Below, piece by piece: positions 25,851 through 37,306 of a stretch of 64,000 nucleotides of DNA (position 1 is the first letter of the stretch; each line of letters starts with the position of its first letter). Source of the DNA: Prorocentrum cordatum (taxonomy: Eukaryota); assembly GCA_963575745.1 (NCBI GenBank), contig CAUYUJ010000077.1:1-64000 (forward strand). Reading direction: 5' to 3'. A program made the translations under genes and the position numbers. The notes beneath the pieces are model-generated. The model was not told the origin of the DNA, made no database searches, and was given only the letters and a program-made list of their open reading frames with translations.

Positions 25851-27727
25851 CCACTGTGTGAGAAAGCCGCTTGGACAAAGACAGGCTTGGGCATGCTTGT
25901 ACTCTCTGTACGCTCGGGTCGGACGTGCGACTCCAAGAGGGGCGGCACGCAGTAACAGTATGGCCTTCTGCGCACGATGACACAGGGGACGCGAACCAAA
26001 CCAGGGCATCCATACGACAGGCAACATTCTCATATCGCCAGTGCGCCGACAACGTCTTGCTACGAGGCCGAACCGAACACATCAGATGCGGATCGTCTGC
26101 CGCTTCCGAATCCAGCTCCGACCTGGGCCCACGACACCAACAGTTTCAACGAGCGCGAACCTCCCTCAGAGCTCCTAAGTGGCCTCTATGAGACCTCTGG
26201 CTCAGGCACGATGGTGGGATGGACTTACGGTTATAACAATCGAGCGCGCGTCGCGCGCGTCGCGCGCGTTCAAGTTGTGGCTAGCTTGGGCTCAAGGGCA
26301 AAGCAAGGGGAAAGGACCGTGCCAAGAGAATCCAGAACAACATTGTGGCGAAAGCGTCTTCGGGCCATCCTGGGGTGGGGCCTTTGTAGACGCTCTGTGG
26401 CCTCACTCGGGGAAGCCGTGGAGCTAGCTCCGCCAAACAAACAAGAGATCGCCAAAATTTGTGAGACATCCACGAATGCATCAGAGCATGAACTGGTCTT
26501 CATGATCAAACGGGTATCTTGGCTAACTCTTGTGACCTCTTGGCAAGGAGGAGACGAGGATGAAGGAGGGCGTATGAGAAGGAAGATGAAGAAATGGGAG
26601 TGGTGAGAATGCGGAGGGAGGAAAAGGAGAACGGATGAGGAGAGAAGAGTCAAGGGGATATTCCAAGGAACACGGCGGAGCTACCGCCGCCGAAAAGGGG
26701 AGGTCCTCTGTGGGCTGGACTGGGCTCCTCTCTGGGCCGCCTTGGCCCGACCCGGCGGGCCTCCTGTGCTGCCTTAGACGCGCTGACGCAAAAAGGAGCG
26801 ACGCAAAGGGAAATCCACGCGTGTGGCTTTAAAACAGGGCTAGGATCGGGATAAATCGCTCCAGAGCGTTCCGGAGCGCTCTCAGGGCGTTCCGGAACGC
26901 TCTGGAGCGGCCGCGGCGCCCAATACATCCTCCAAACCCGCCGATTCTCAGAGATTTCGAGTTATCCCGATCCGATTTTGTCCCGTTCTTCGCGCGCGTC
27001 GTGTTAGGCCTCGTGGCCCCCTTCCGGAGGTCCTCTCAGGAGCCGCTTGGAGGCGCTCGAGCTGCCATCGCAGGACCAGGCAGCATCGAATCCGTGAGCC
27101 GGGCAGGCCGAAAAATGCGCACCGGATCGGGCCGTGCCGGCACGGCATCGAGGTCGGGATCGAATCGGCTGCGCCAGGATGAGCACCAGCACGACGCAAA
27201 AACACTCGGCCACATGACATAGGATCGTCGGAATGTCGGGAGTGAACTGGATCGAGGCGGCCGACATCGACATCGAACCTGATCGATGGGATCATCGAGG
27301 CGGGCCCCGCTCTTGGGAGCCTCTTGTCGAATGTTCGCATCCTCTTCGGGCGTCGTGGCGCCCCCCGCCACCCCAGGAGCGATCTGGGGTGGCGCCCCCC
27401 GCCACCCCAGGCACTCCAGGACCCCCCCCCCGGGTCCCACCATGGAGGCTTGGGGCCTCCGATTCGGGGGCTGAGGTCATCCTACCTTGCTTCTGTTAAT
27501 TATATATATATATACACACATGCAAATGCAGTAATGCACTTCTCACAAACAGCAAACAGGCAAACCGGCAAAGGTAACCAAGTCATGAGACCCGCACTAA
27601 AAGATGCACAACCAACAACAGAAACACCAAGCACAAACCAAACAACAAGACGCTCGCGGTCAGCCGAAGAACGGATTGCAGGTGCTCGTGTGAGGGATAG
27701 CCCACAATTGTCAATGTGAGCTTGTGC

Positions 27728-27937
27728 CGGGTGTGGGGCATGGGTGCGGGTGTGGGCGTGGGTGTGGGTGTGGGGTGGGTGTGGGTGTGGGGTTGGGTGT
27801 GGGTGTGGGGTTGGGCGTGAGCGTGGGTGTGGGTGTGGATGTGAGCGTGGGTGTGGGTGTGGGTGTGGGCGCGGGTGCGGGTGTGGGCGTGGGTGGGGAT
27901 GTGCATTGGCTTGGGTGTGGGTGTGAGAGTGTGGGTG
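27728..27937. repeat. (GTGTGG)n minisatellite
   Basis: Seen directly. Confidence 0.9.
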
Positions 27938-28208
27938 TCTAAACACGGCCCCCCCGAGGCCGGGAAGACACAAAACACCTGCCCGAACCCACCGCCCCAA
28001 ACCTGCCCGAACCTCCCCTGCTGGCCAGAATGCTGGGTCGCCTCAGACCCCCCACACGGCTCCCGGCCCAGTGGAACCCACGGTTTGCCACGTCGCTCAC
28101 GACGTTGCGGATGCGATGCACCGGGTCGCCAAGGACCTCTGACGTCCATGCTGGCGCCTTCCGGCACGCCGCGGCATGCCGCGGGAGGGGCCGCCCGGCC
28201 CAGGGAGC

Positions 28209-28277
28209 CTTGCCGACGGCCCTGGACGCGACCACGGGCCAGAAGAAGTCGAACAGCTCTATGGCCAGCGGCGTGTA
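28209..28277 (-). CDS. Putative micro-exon (YTPLAIELFDFFWPVVASRAVGK)
   Basis: Acceptor ctcctgccag|TAC, donor AAG|GCTCCC; 69 bp, phase 0/0, clearly protein-like. Confidence 0.6.
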
Positions 28278-29149
28278 CTGGCAGGAGTTTCGGTGGCATC
28301 TCATGGGAGGCTATCGCGCCATCTCCCTGGCTCTTGCAAATCGGCCCTGGATCGGCACTACGTCGACGCTCATATACGCTCATCGGCGCCGAATCGGCGC
28401 CATCCAATCGACTGCCAGACGCCCATCGGCGCGAACGCCCTGCGAAGACTGACCTGCCAAGGAGCACGCGACCCCCATGGGCTGCTGCCGACCAGGAACG
28501 CCCCTCCCTTCCCTTCTCGCCCGCGCCCCTCTCGTGCCGCTCGCCCCCCCTCCCGACGGGCGGCGAGCACGTCCGTGTCCAAGCCCTCGCGGCCCGGACA
28601 CCGCTGCGCGATCCCATGGAAGCGCGACCCGGAACCCCTGACCCCGAATAACACACCGAAGACTCGTGTGGCTCCCATCATACTGGAGGACCCCATCCCA
28701 GCAACAAGTTCGAGAGAAGCATCGAAACAGCGTCGAACGAGTCTCCCAGGGCCCGACACGCGAAACCCCTCCAGCTTCGGTACGTGCTTGGTGCTCGGAG
28801 CTCTTTCTGGCAATCAAGGCTAAAGCAGGTTGGAATGTCATAACTGAAGACGTGGCCTCACTTAGGTCCCCGCCTTCGCATTATGGATGACAAGTCTGGA
28901 CGGTTTGGCCTGATACACCTGCAGAAGAGACCCCCTATCCCTAATGCGTTTGGCCCTCCTGACTTCGGGCCCCTCCCAAAGACATAGGGGTACTTCTATT
29001 GAATCGCTCTGTGATCCCATGAATACGTTCCGCGCGGGGCATCCGCACACAACCGCCCCGCATCCATGCCGAGGAGTCCAGGCCGCGAAACGGTACGAAA
29101 TTCTGCCAATCGCAATCGGACGTTGAACGCCGCTCAGGGGTGGAGGGGC

Positions 29150-29403
29150 CCAACACATCAACAGCAGCAACAACAACAGCAACAGCAACAGCAACAACAA
29201 AAGCAATAACCACAACAACAGCAACAACAAACACCAATAACTACAGCAACGACAACAACAGCAGCGGTAGCAACAACAACGAAACACAACAACCACAACA
29301 ACAACAGCAGAAACAAAAACAACAGCAGCAACAACAACAACATCAGCACCGCAACAACAACAACAACAACAACACCAACAACAACAGCAACACCAACAAA
29401 AAC

Positions 29404-29437
<34 letters not shown>

Positions 29438-29796
29438 ACAGCAACAACACTAGCAGCAACAACAACAGCAGCAGCACCAGCAGCAACAGCAGTAGCAACA
29501 GCAACAGCAGCAGCACCAACAACAACATGGACAACCACACCAACCACAACAACACCAACAACAAAAACGACAGCCGCAACACCAACAACCGCAACAACAG
29601 CAACAACAGCAGCAACAACACCACCAACAACAACTGCATTACAACCAACAGCTACAGCATCAACAACACCATCACCACCTACAACAACACCATCATCAGC
29701 AGAAACAACAACAGCCACAGCACCAACAGCTACAACAACAAAAACAGCAGCAGCAACAACAGCAACAACAGCAACAACAGCAACAACAGCAACACT

Positions 29797-29828
<32 letters not shown>
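29150..29828. repeat. (AAC/AGC)n microsatellite
   Basis: Seen directly. Confidence 0.95.
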
Positions 29829-29829
<1 letters not shown>

Positions 29830-30612
29830 CATTTTACCCGAACGCGTGGTGCTCTCCCCAGTGCCAGGGTTTTCATACGACACCAGGCAATACCCCCACT
29901 TCGTGGGGGGGCATTACAAGCTCTACCAAATATCCAAACGACTCTTCGCGACCACCCAAACCCAGCTTCCCGCCCTATGACGTTGGGACACTTCACTTCG
30001 TGGCGTGCGGACGACCGTGGCTACTACACTGGCGTGGGGTACACACCCACAGAACCCAATGGTTTTTGGAGATTTCGGCGTGCGCGCGCGAAGAAAAAAC
30101 GAATGTGTCCCGCATGGTATTATTTGACAGGGATGATGGCCCTGGCAGGTGCGCAACCGTTGTCGCAGAAGTTCGAAAAAGTTGCTCGCAAAAGCCCGTT
30201 TGACAGAAATGTTTAAAAAGTGTTGGGTTTCCTACGAATCCGCAAGAGCGCGCGGGATGAGATTTTGACATTTTTTTGTTGAAAAACCATTGGTTTTTTG
30301 ATGTTTTTATGTTAAAATCGCTCCGAACACTAAGCTTTTGGAAGGATTTCGTCTTGCGCGCGCGAATGTCCACTTTACCTTATTTTTTGCAAGGGATTCT
30401 TGAAATTTGATTATATTAGAACAAGAAATGTCATTTTATAGTGTTTTTTGCAAGGGAAAACGGATTACAACAAAACAACCGGATCTTGATCACCTCGAAT
30501 TACCTGAGGCTTCCTCACGAAAATGATGAAAACGTGGCTGCGGCCTAGGCGCGGCGGGGGGGGCGCGCACCAGGGGGCCCAACAATAATTATTCTTTAGA
30601 ATTAATAATGTT
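29829..30612 (+). mobile_element. Non-autonomous element, family D copy 1, between (AAC)n tracts
   Basis: Starts TCATTTTACCCGAACG and ends AACAATAATTATTCTTTAGAATTAATAATGTT. Its 3' ~560 bp is nearly identical to 32211-32775. Confidence 0.75.
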
Positions 30613-30627
30613 CAACAACAACAACAA

Positions 30628-30876
30628 TAATTCTAATACTGCTCGCCCTTATATACTCGAGTGTCCAATAACGCGTATTTCCCAAACCCTCGATACCCGC
30701 CCTCTTCGTCTTCGATGGAACCCCTTTCGGGGGGGGTACCTTTCTTCCCTGCAGGCTGGGCCCCGGCAAGCGGCGGGGCGGCCGCGGATCGTCGGCCTGG
30801 CCAGCGGCAGCGCTGATCGGCGGGGCGGCCGCGGACCGTCGACCCGACCCCAAGAGGGACGGACAGGGGACCGACC

Positions 30877-30912
<36 letters not shown>

Positions 30913-31636
30913 TCGAAGACGACGGCGACGGCGACGACGACGGCGACGACGAGCGAAAGCGAGAGCGAGAGAGAACGACAGCAGGGCCACGAAGGGCACG
31001 AAGTAGGCCACGAAGGGCGACAGCGGGGATACGAAGGGAATGCGTATGGGGCCACGAAGAGCACAAACAAGCGGGGGCCACGAAGTGCAGATAATGAGGG
31101 GCCACAGAAGGCAACTATGGGGCCACTGAGGGTAGCAACTGGGCCACGTAGGACAGTGAGAAGAACACAAGTGGCGACAGCGGGGCCACGAAGGGCATGC
31201 ACATGGGGCCACAACGGGCGCGACTCCTGGGTGCCTGGGTGTCGGGAGCGCGGCGCTTGGGCAAATTGCACGAAATTCCAACGCAAGGTTATTCTTCAGT
31301 AAAATGCAAGCAAGCCTCCAGCGAGAGCGCGACTCCAGAGCGCCGGGGGAGCGATTCCTGAAAAAATGTAAGGAAGTCCCAAGCGAGAGCGCGATTCCTG
31401 AGTAAAATGCGAGGAGGTCTCGAGCGGGGGCGGGGGTCCTGGCTAAATGGTAAGGAAGTCTCAGGCGGGAGCCGTTGTTGTTTTAACCCGGGGGCCAGGG
31501 GCCCAGTTTGAGCAGGAAGACTTCGCATGTCAAAAAACAGGGTGCGAGCGTCGAGGGGCGCACTTTGATCGAGAAAAAAACAATATGCACCGGTGGGGGG
31601 GGATCAACAATAATTATTCTTCAGAACTGAGAATTT
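30628..31636 (+). mobile_element. Non-autonomous element, family C copy 2, between (AAC)n tracts
   Basis: Same start and end motifs as 11181-12476, with internal ggggccacgaag repeats and the aggaagtc.ca.gcg.gagc array. Confidence 0.7.
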
Positions 31637-31645
31637 AACAACAGC

Positions 31646-31679
<34 letters not shown>

Positions 31680-31704
31680 GCAACAACAACAACAACAACA
31701 ACAA

Positions 31705-32775
31705 TCACTTTACCCGAACGCTCAGTGTTCTCACCAGTGCCAGGGTTTTCATGCGACGCCAGCCAATACCCCCACTTTGTGGGGGGGCAGTGCAAGCTCT
31801 ACCAAATATCCACACGACTCTTCGCCACCACCCACACCCAGCTTCCCGCCCTATGACGTTCGGACACTTCACTTCGTGGCCTGCGGACGACCGTGGCTAC
31901 TACACTGGCGTGGAGGGCGCAACCTATGGCGCAACCAATAGGGGGACGTTTTATTCTCGGCGGCCGAGGGCGCAACCTATGGCGCAACCGCAAGGGATTG
32001 TGGCCCCTGGCAGGCGCGCGAACCCCGTTGCAAGAGCGTGCGAAAGTAGCTCGCGCGAGCTCATGTAACATAAACGTTGGGAAAACCATTGGTTTTTTTA
32101 GGATTCGGACAGCGCGCGCGGGTGGAAATTTTGAAAAGTCGTGCAGGTGTTTTTCGAGGACCTACGGTGCGATTCGTGTGATTTTATGATGCGCGGTGCT
32201 AAAATTCTTAAGAAGCCCAATGGTTTTTGGAGATTTCGGCGTGCGCGCGCGAAGAAAAAAACGAATGTGTCCCGCATGGTATTATTTGACAGGGATGATG
32301 GCCCTGGCAGGTGCGCAACCGTTGTCGCAGAAGTTCGAAAAAGTTGCTCGCAAAAGCCCGTTTGACAGAAATGTTTAAAAAGTGTTGGGTTTCCTACGAA
32401 TCCGCAAGAGCGCGCGGGATGAGATTTTGACATTTTTTTGTTGAAAAACCATTGGTTTTTTGATGTTTTTATGTTAAAATCGCTCCGAACACTAAGCTTT
32501 TGGAAGGATTTCGTCTTGCGCGCGCGAATGTCCACTTTACCTTATTTTTTGCAAGGGATTCTTGAAATTTGATTATATTAGAACAAGAAATGTCATTTTA
32601 TAGTGTTTTTTGCAAGGGAAAGCGGGGGGGAACAAAACAACCGGATCTTGATCACATCGAATTACCTGAGGCTTCCTCACGAAAATGATGAAAATGTAGC
32701 TGCGGCCTAGGCGGCGCAGGGGGGCCGTGCACCAGGGGTCCCAACAATAATTATTCTTTAGAATTAATAATGTTC
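31705..32775 (+). mobile_element. Non-autonomous element, family D copy 2 (has an extra ~300 bp at 31913-32210)
   Basis: Colinear with 29829-30612; terminal motif at 32743-32767; AAC runs on both sides. Confidence 0.75.
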
Positions 32776-34208
32776 AACAACAACAACAGCAGCGACCCCG
32801 GAAAGCGTTCCGAGAAGCGGTCCGACCCCGCGAAACCTCGGTGGCCTGCCGCGCCCGTCCATCGCCCAGTCGGCTCGGGGCCTCCCCGACTGGCCGACGT
32901 CCCGGGCGCCACTCCCTTTTGCCAGCCTCGGGACGCCGAGTAAGCCTCACCGGTTGGCGGCGTGCGAGAGGGGGCAGGGGGAGGGGGGAAGGCTTCTTAA
33001 AAGCACCCTGCTTCTAAGAAGCCTTCCCCCCTCCCCCTGCCCCCCTCTGCGCGTGGCCGAGCCTGAGCGACAATCAAAAAGGAGTATTACACGAGATGGC
33101 GCAGCAACCTTACGCGGTGGCTTACGCGGGCCGCCATCGTGGAACGCCACGCTGGAAGCGAGGGCACTTACGCGCGACCTTACGCGGGCAACGTACGTGC
33201 CCATGTCGGCGCAGACGACCCCGTGTCTTTGCGTCGCGCGCCTGGCCAAATCAAGCAGATGGTTTTGAGGATGCCGCGATCGAGTCCCAAGGCTGCGACA
33301 TGCTCAACACAAGAGGCCCAACGAGCCGAAGGACAGACACCGTCCAGCGTGGAACCAGGGAGGCCATGGACGAAGCGAGCTCGAACGCGCCCTGCGGCGC
33401 GAGCCTGCACGGCGTCACGCGTCACTCACCCTGCTCCACTGGCCCACCTGCAGCTCTTCCTACCCCTTTTTCACAACAGGATATTGTCAGGAGTCGAACA
33501 GGGGACCGACTACAGAATCGGTTTGCCCCCACACTTGTTTCTCCGTCGAATCTACCAGCAATGCGTGGGATGTTCCGTAGATCTACCGCGCATTGCACGC
33601 ATTTTCGTCGTAGATCTGACGGCAAAATTTCTGGGGTAAATCAGTTTTGTAGTCAACCCCTCATTCGAAGGAAGGGCCGAGTCCAGACGGAATTAGCCCA
33701 GACGGAGGCCGAGCATTCCGTGCGGACCTACTCCGCACGGGCTCTCGCATCCTAGCAGGAGGAGGCGAAGTCCAGACGGAGTAAGCCCAGACGGAGACCG
33801 AACACTCCGCACGGACTCAACTCCGAACCGACTTAGCTGGGGAAACCAAACAGTACCCATACCGCTACTCCCCCGGCCTCTCCCAGGGTGCGCGCTCTGA
33901 CAAAGCGAGGCGAGTCCAGCGGTGGCGACGAGGGCCTTCCAGGACGCCCTATTTCAAGGGAAAACGGGCGAAGGGCAGTGGCATGGGTACACTTATGCTC
34001 CGCACCGAGCTGCCTTCGACATTCCGGCGGGCGGGCGGCAATGAGGGGTGACCCAAATGGGGGGTGCAGAAAAGGACACGCAAGGGGTCCTTGAGGGCCC
34101 CTCTTGGGCACCAATTGGCTCCAAAAGGGGCCCTAAAAGGGGCCCTTGAGGGCTCATTTCTTCACCCCCGATTGGGTCACCCCCCAGTACCGCCCGCCCG
34201 AGACACTC

Positions 34209-34262
34209 CTGCACGTCCTCGCCCACCTCATCCTGCTCTCCCTCGTCCGCCCCGCACCCTTC
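34209..34262 (-). CDS. Putative micro-exon (EGCGADEGEQDEVGEDVQ)
   Basis: Acceptor ctgcag|GAA, donor CAG|GA; 54 bp, phase 0/0. Confidence 0.35.
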
Positions 34263-34544
34263 CTGCAGCCCGCGCCCCCACTCCGCTCCTGTGCCCCCCG
34301 CGGGCGGGGTCTCTCGCTCCCCCCCCCCCCCGCCGAAGCAGCTCCGGAGGTGCCCCCCGCGGAGCTCGACGGCCAGCGTCGGGCCAAGGTGCCAGGCGAG
34401 ACGTCGGGATAAAACTCGCCCAGGGGATGCCTCCTCCTCCTCCTCCTCCTCCTCCTCCTCCTCCTCCTCCTCCGCCTCCTCCTCGGCGGCCACGAGAAGG
34501 GCGAAGAGCCCAGGGGCGGGCATTACACGTGTTCGCCCGGGAGC

Positions 34545-34596
34545 CTTGTCGAAGACATAGATCACCGGCGCCCCTGGATACATGTACTGCACTCCC
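34545..34596 (-). CDS. Putative micro-exon (GVQYMYPGAPVIYVFDK)
   Basis: Acceptor gcccag|G, donor AAG|GCTCCC; protein-like. Begins with a split codon (52 bp). Confidence 0.55.
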
Positions 34597-35057
34597 CTGG
34601 GCTATTCGCCCCCATCGTCGCCTCTGACAGATGCTCTGTTTCAACACATCATCTGGTGTGTTCTCGTCTCCTGAGTAGCCAGGACATCCACAAACGCCGT
34701 CCGCGAAAACTGTGGCCTGGGATTTGAAGTCGTAGCGGAAGACACTGCAACAAAGCCAACGGCATTAGCATCGACATCCTCCAACTTAACCTGCGAACGC
34801 TCCTCACCCTCCATCCTCCTCTACTCCATCCTCCTGCCCCTCCCTCCACAAATACTCTACAGGGAGTGCAAAAAAGGAATGCAAACATCAGGAACTTAAT
34901 ATTATACGTTGTCGCGTAAATATCGCAGCACCGAGACGGGGCAAATAACAAGACTAGGAATGTGAAAAAAAGACAGAGCCACGACGCGGCATGGAACAAA
35001 ACAAGGTGTCGTCTAGCAAATCATCGCGCGACGAATCATTCGGTCGTCTTGGGCGGT

Positions 35058-36678
35058 CGTGCTGGGGGTTGCGCTGCTGGTCGTAGGGGTTTGTGCTGGG
35101 GGGTTGTGCTGCAAAGTTGTGCTGGGGGTTTATGCCGAGGGGTACTGCCGGGCGGTTGTGCTGGCGGGTTCTGCTGGGGGGTTGTGCTGTGTGTGTGCTG
35201 GAGGGTTGCGCTGGGGGGTTCTGCTGCGGGTTGTGCTGGGGAGGTTGTGCTGGGGGTGGTGCTGGGGGGTTGTGCCCGGGGTTTGTGCTGAGGGCGTATG
35301 CTGGGGAGTTGTGTTGGAGGGTTGTACTGGGGGGTTGTACTAGGGGGGATGACTGGGAGGTTGTGCTGGGGAGGGGGGGGTTGTGCTGGGGGGGTGTGAG
35401 GTGGGGTTGTGCTGGGGGGTTGTGCTGAGAGGTTATGCTGGGGGAATGTGCTGGGGGGTTGTGCAGGGGAGTTGTGCTGGGTGGCTGTTGCTGGGGGATT
35501 GTGCTGGGGGGTTGTGATGGGGGGTTGTGCTGGTGGGTTGGCGGTGGGGTTGTTCTGGTGGATTGTGCGGTGGGGTTGTGCTGGGGGGGGGGGCGGGGGG
35601 TTGTGCTGGGGGTTGTGCTGGTGGCTTGCTGGGGGTCGTGTGGGGTTCTGCTGGGGGACTGTGATGGGGGAGTTGTGCTGGGTGTTGTGCCGGGGGTTAT
35701 ACTGGGGGGTTGTGCTGGGTGGTTGTGCTGCGGTGGTGGTGCTGGGGGGTTGTGCTGGGGGGTTGTGCTGGGGGTTGTGCTGGGGGTTCTGCGCGGTTTG
35801 GCGGGGGGGGTGCTGCGAGGGTGTGCTGGGGGGGGATTATGGGGGGCTGTGCTGGGGATACTTCTGGGGAATTATGCTGGAGGGTTGTGCTGGAGGCTTG
35901 TGCTGGGACGTTGTGCTGGAAGGTTTTTGCTGAGGCGTTGTGCTGGTTGGGGGTTGTGCTGGAGGGGGATTGTTCTGGGGATTGTGCTGGGGAGTTGTGC
36001 TTGGTGGTTGTGCGGAGGGGTTGTGCTGGGCCTTGTGCTGGGGGGTGTGCTGGGGGGTTGTGCTGGTGGGGTTGTGCTGGGGTTGTGCTGGGGAGGTTGC
36101 TGGGGGGTTGGTGCTAGGTGTGCGGTGGGGGGGGGGTTCGTGCTTGGGGGGGCTGCTAGGTTCTCGTGCTGGAGGGTCGTGCAGGGGTGTTATGCCGGCG
36201 CATTGTGCTAAGAGTTGCGCTGAGGGGTTGTGCTGGGGGGTTGTGCTGGGGGGTCTTGCTGGGCGGTTGCGATGGGGCGGTGCTGGAGAGTTGTGCTGGG
36301 GGTTATGCTGGGGGTGGCTGGAGGGATGTGCTGGGGGGTTGTGCTGGAGGGTTGTGCTGGGGAATCGTGGTGGGGGGTTGTGCTGGGGGGGTTGCTGGGG
36401 GATTGTGCTGGGGGTTGTGCCATGGGGTTGTGCTGGGGGTTGCGCGGTGGGGTTTGTGCTGCGGGGTCATGCAGGGGGTTGTGCAGAGGGGTTGTGCCGG
36501 GGGCACTGTGATGGGAGTATTTCTTGGGGGGGGGGCTGGGAGGTCGTGCTGGGGGGTTGCGCTGGGGGTTGTGCTGGGGGTGTTATGCTGGGGGTCGTGC
36601 GGGGAGGGTTGTGCTGGGGAGTTGTGCTGATGAACCGTGGTGGGGGGTTGTGCTGGGGGGGGTTGCTGGGGGGTTGTG
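35058..36678 (+). repeat. G-rich satellite array, 12-14 bp unit TTGTGCTGGGGG(G)
   Basis: About 1.6 kb of diverged units, G-rich on the + strand. Confidence 0.95.
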
Positions 36679-37262
36679 TGAGTATAGTGCATCGGCGCTT
36701 TTGGGAGTGGTCACCATTTTCCGAGCGACGCCCTGGATGCACATGATCGGCAGCCCGACATGCCAGACATGCGCGCTGGGGGCGTCACCCGAGAAATGCC
36801 CACCTCTCCAAAAACGCCAACGCACTGCATGACATTGGAACATTGGAACCCAACAAACACTTAGAAACATAAGCAGCAACATCAACATCAACAGTATAAT
36901 ACTGTAAACATCAACACCATTGTCAGCATCATTATCACTCAGATAACACGGGCCAACATCTGCGTATCAAGTCTAGCAACATCGAATCGCCACTGGGGGG
37001 GCGCACAGCGGGTGGTTTTTAGTGGGGCCTCCTAATATTCTAGCGTGTTGCCACCGAAAACATACTCCCAAATTCAATGCTTGAAAAACGATGGGGTCGA
37101 CGTTGGGCAGGGGAATCTATCGCGCACGGGGGCACTAATCTACGCAATCCGTGTTCTATTATTGGTCATTTACATGGACAGTCGGCCCAACAACATATAT
37201 TTCAAACGCCGAACGTGACCCCGAAGGGGTCGGTGGATCTTCTGTCCCCTTCACATCTCCCC

Positions 37263-37291
37263 CCGTAGCCAATGCCACGTAGGCTCGAAAG
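37263..37291 (+). other. Possible decayed spliced-leader relic upstream of the ATG at 37307
   Basis: CCGTAGCCA (exact 9-nt match to DinoSL) + atgccacgta + GGCTCgaAAG, compared with DinoSL CCGTAGCCA-TTTT-GGCTCAAG. Confidence 0.35.
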
Positions 37292-37306
37292 ACCAAATGA
37301 AACACA

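Noticed and set aside
26277..26296. SL-like GTGGCTAGCTTGGGCTCAAG
   Set aside because: Only the GGCTCAAG end is exact, the alignment needs a gap, and no credible ORF follows. It may be a very old relic but is not supportable.
35059..36746. Cys/Gly/Trp-rich ORFs (GCAGGLCWGVVL), also at 44.8-46.3, 48.3-49.1 and 50.9-52.3 kb
   Set aside because: They are translations of the TTGTGCTGGGGG satellite, with frequent frame drift.
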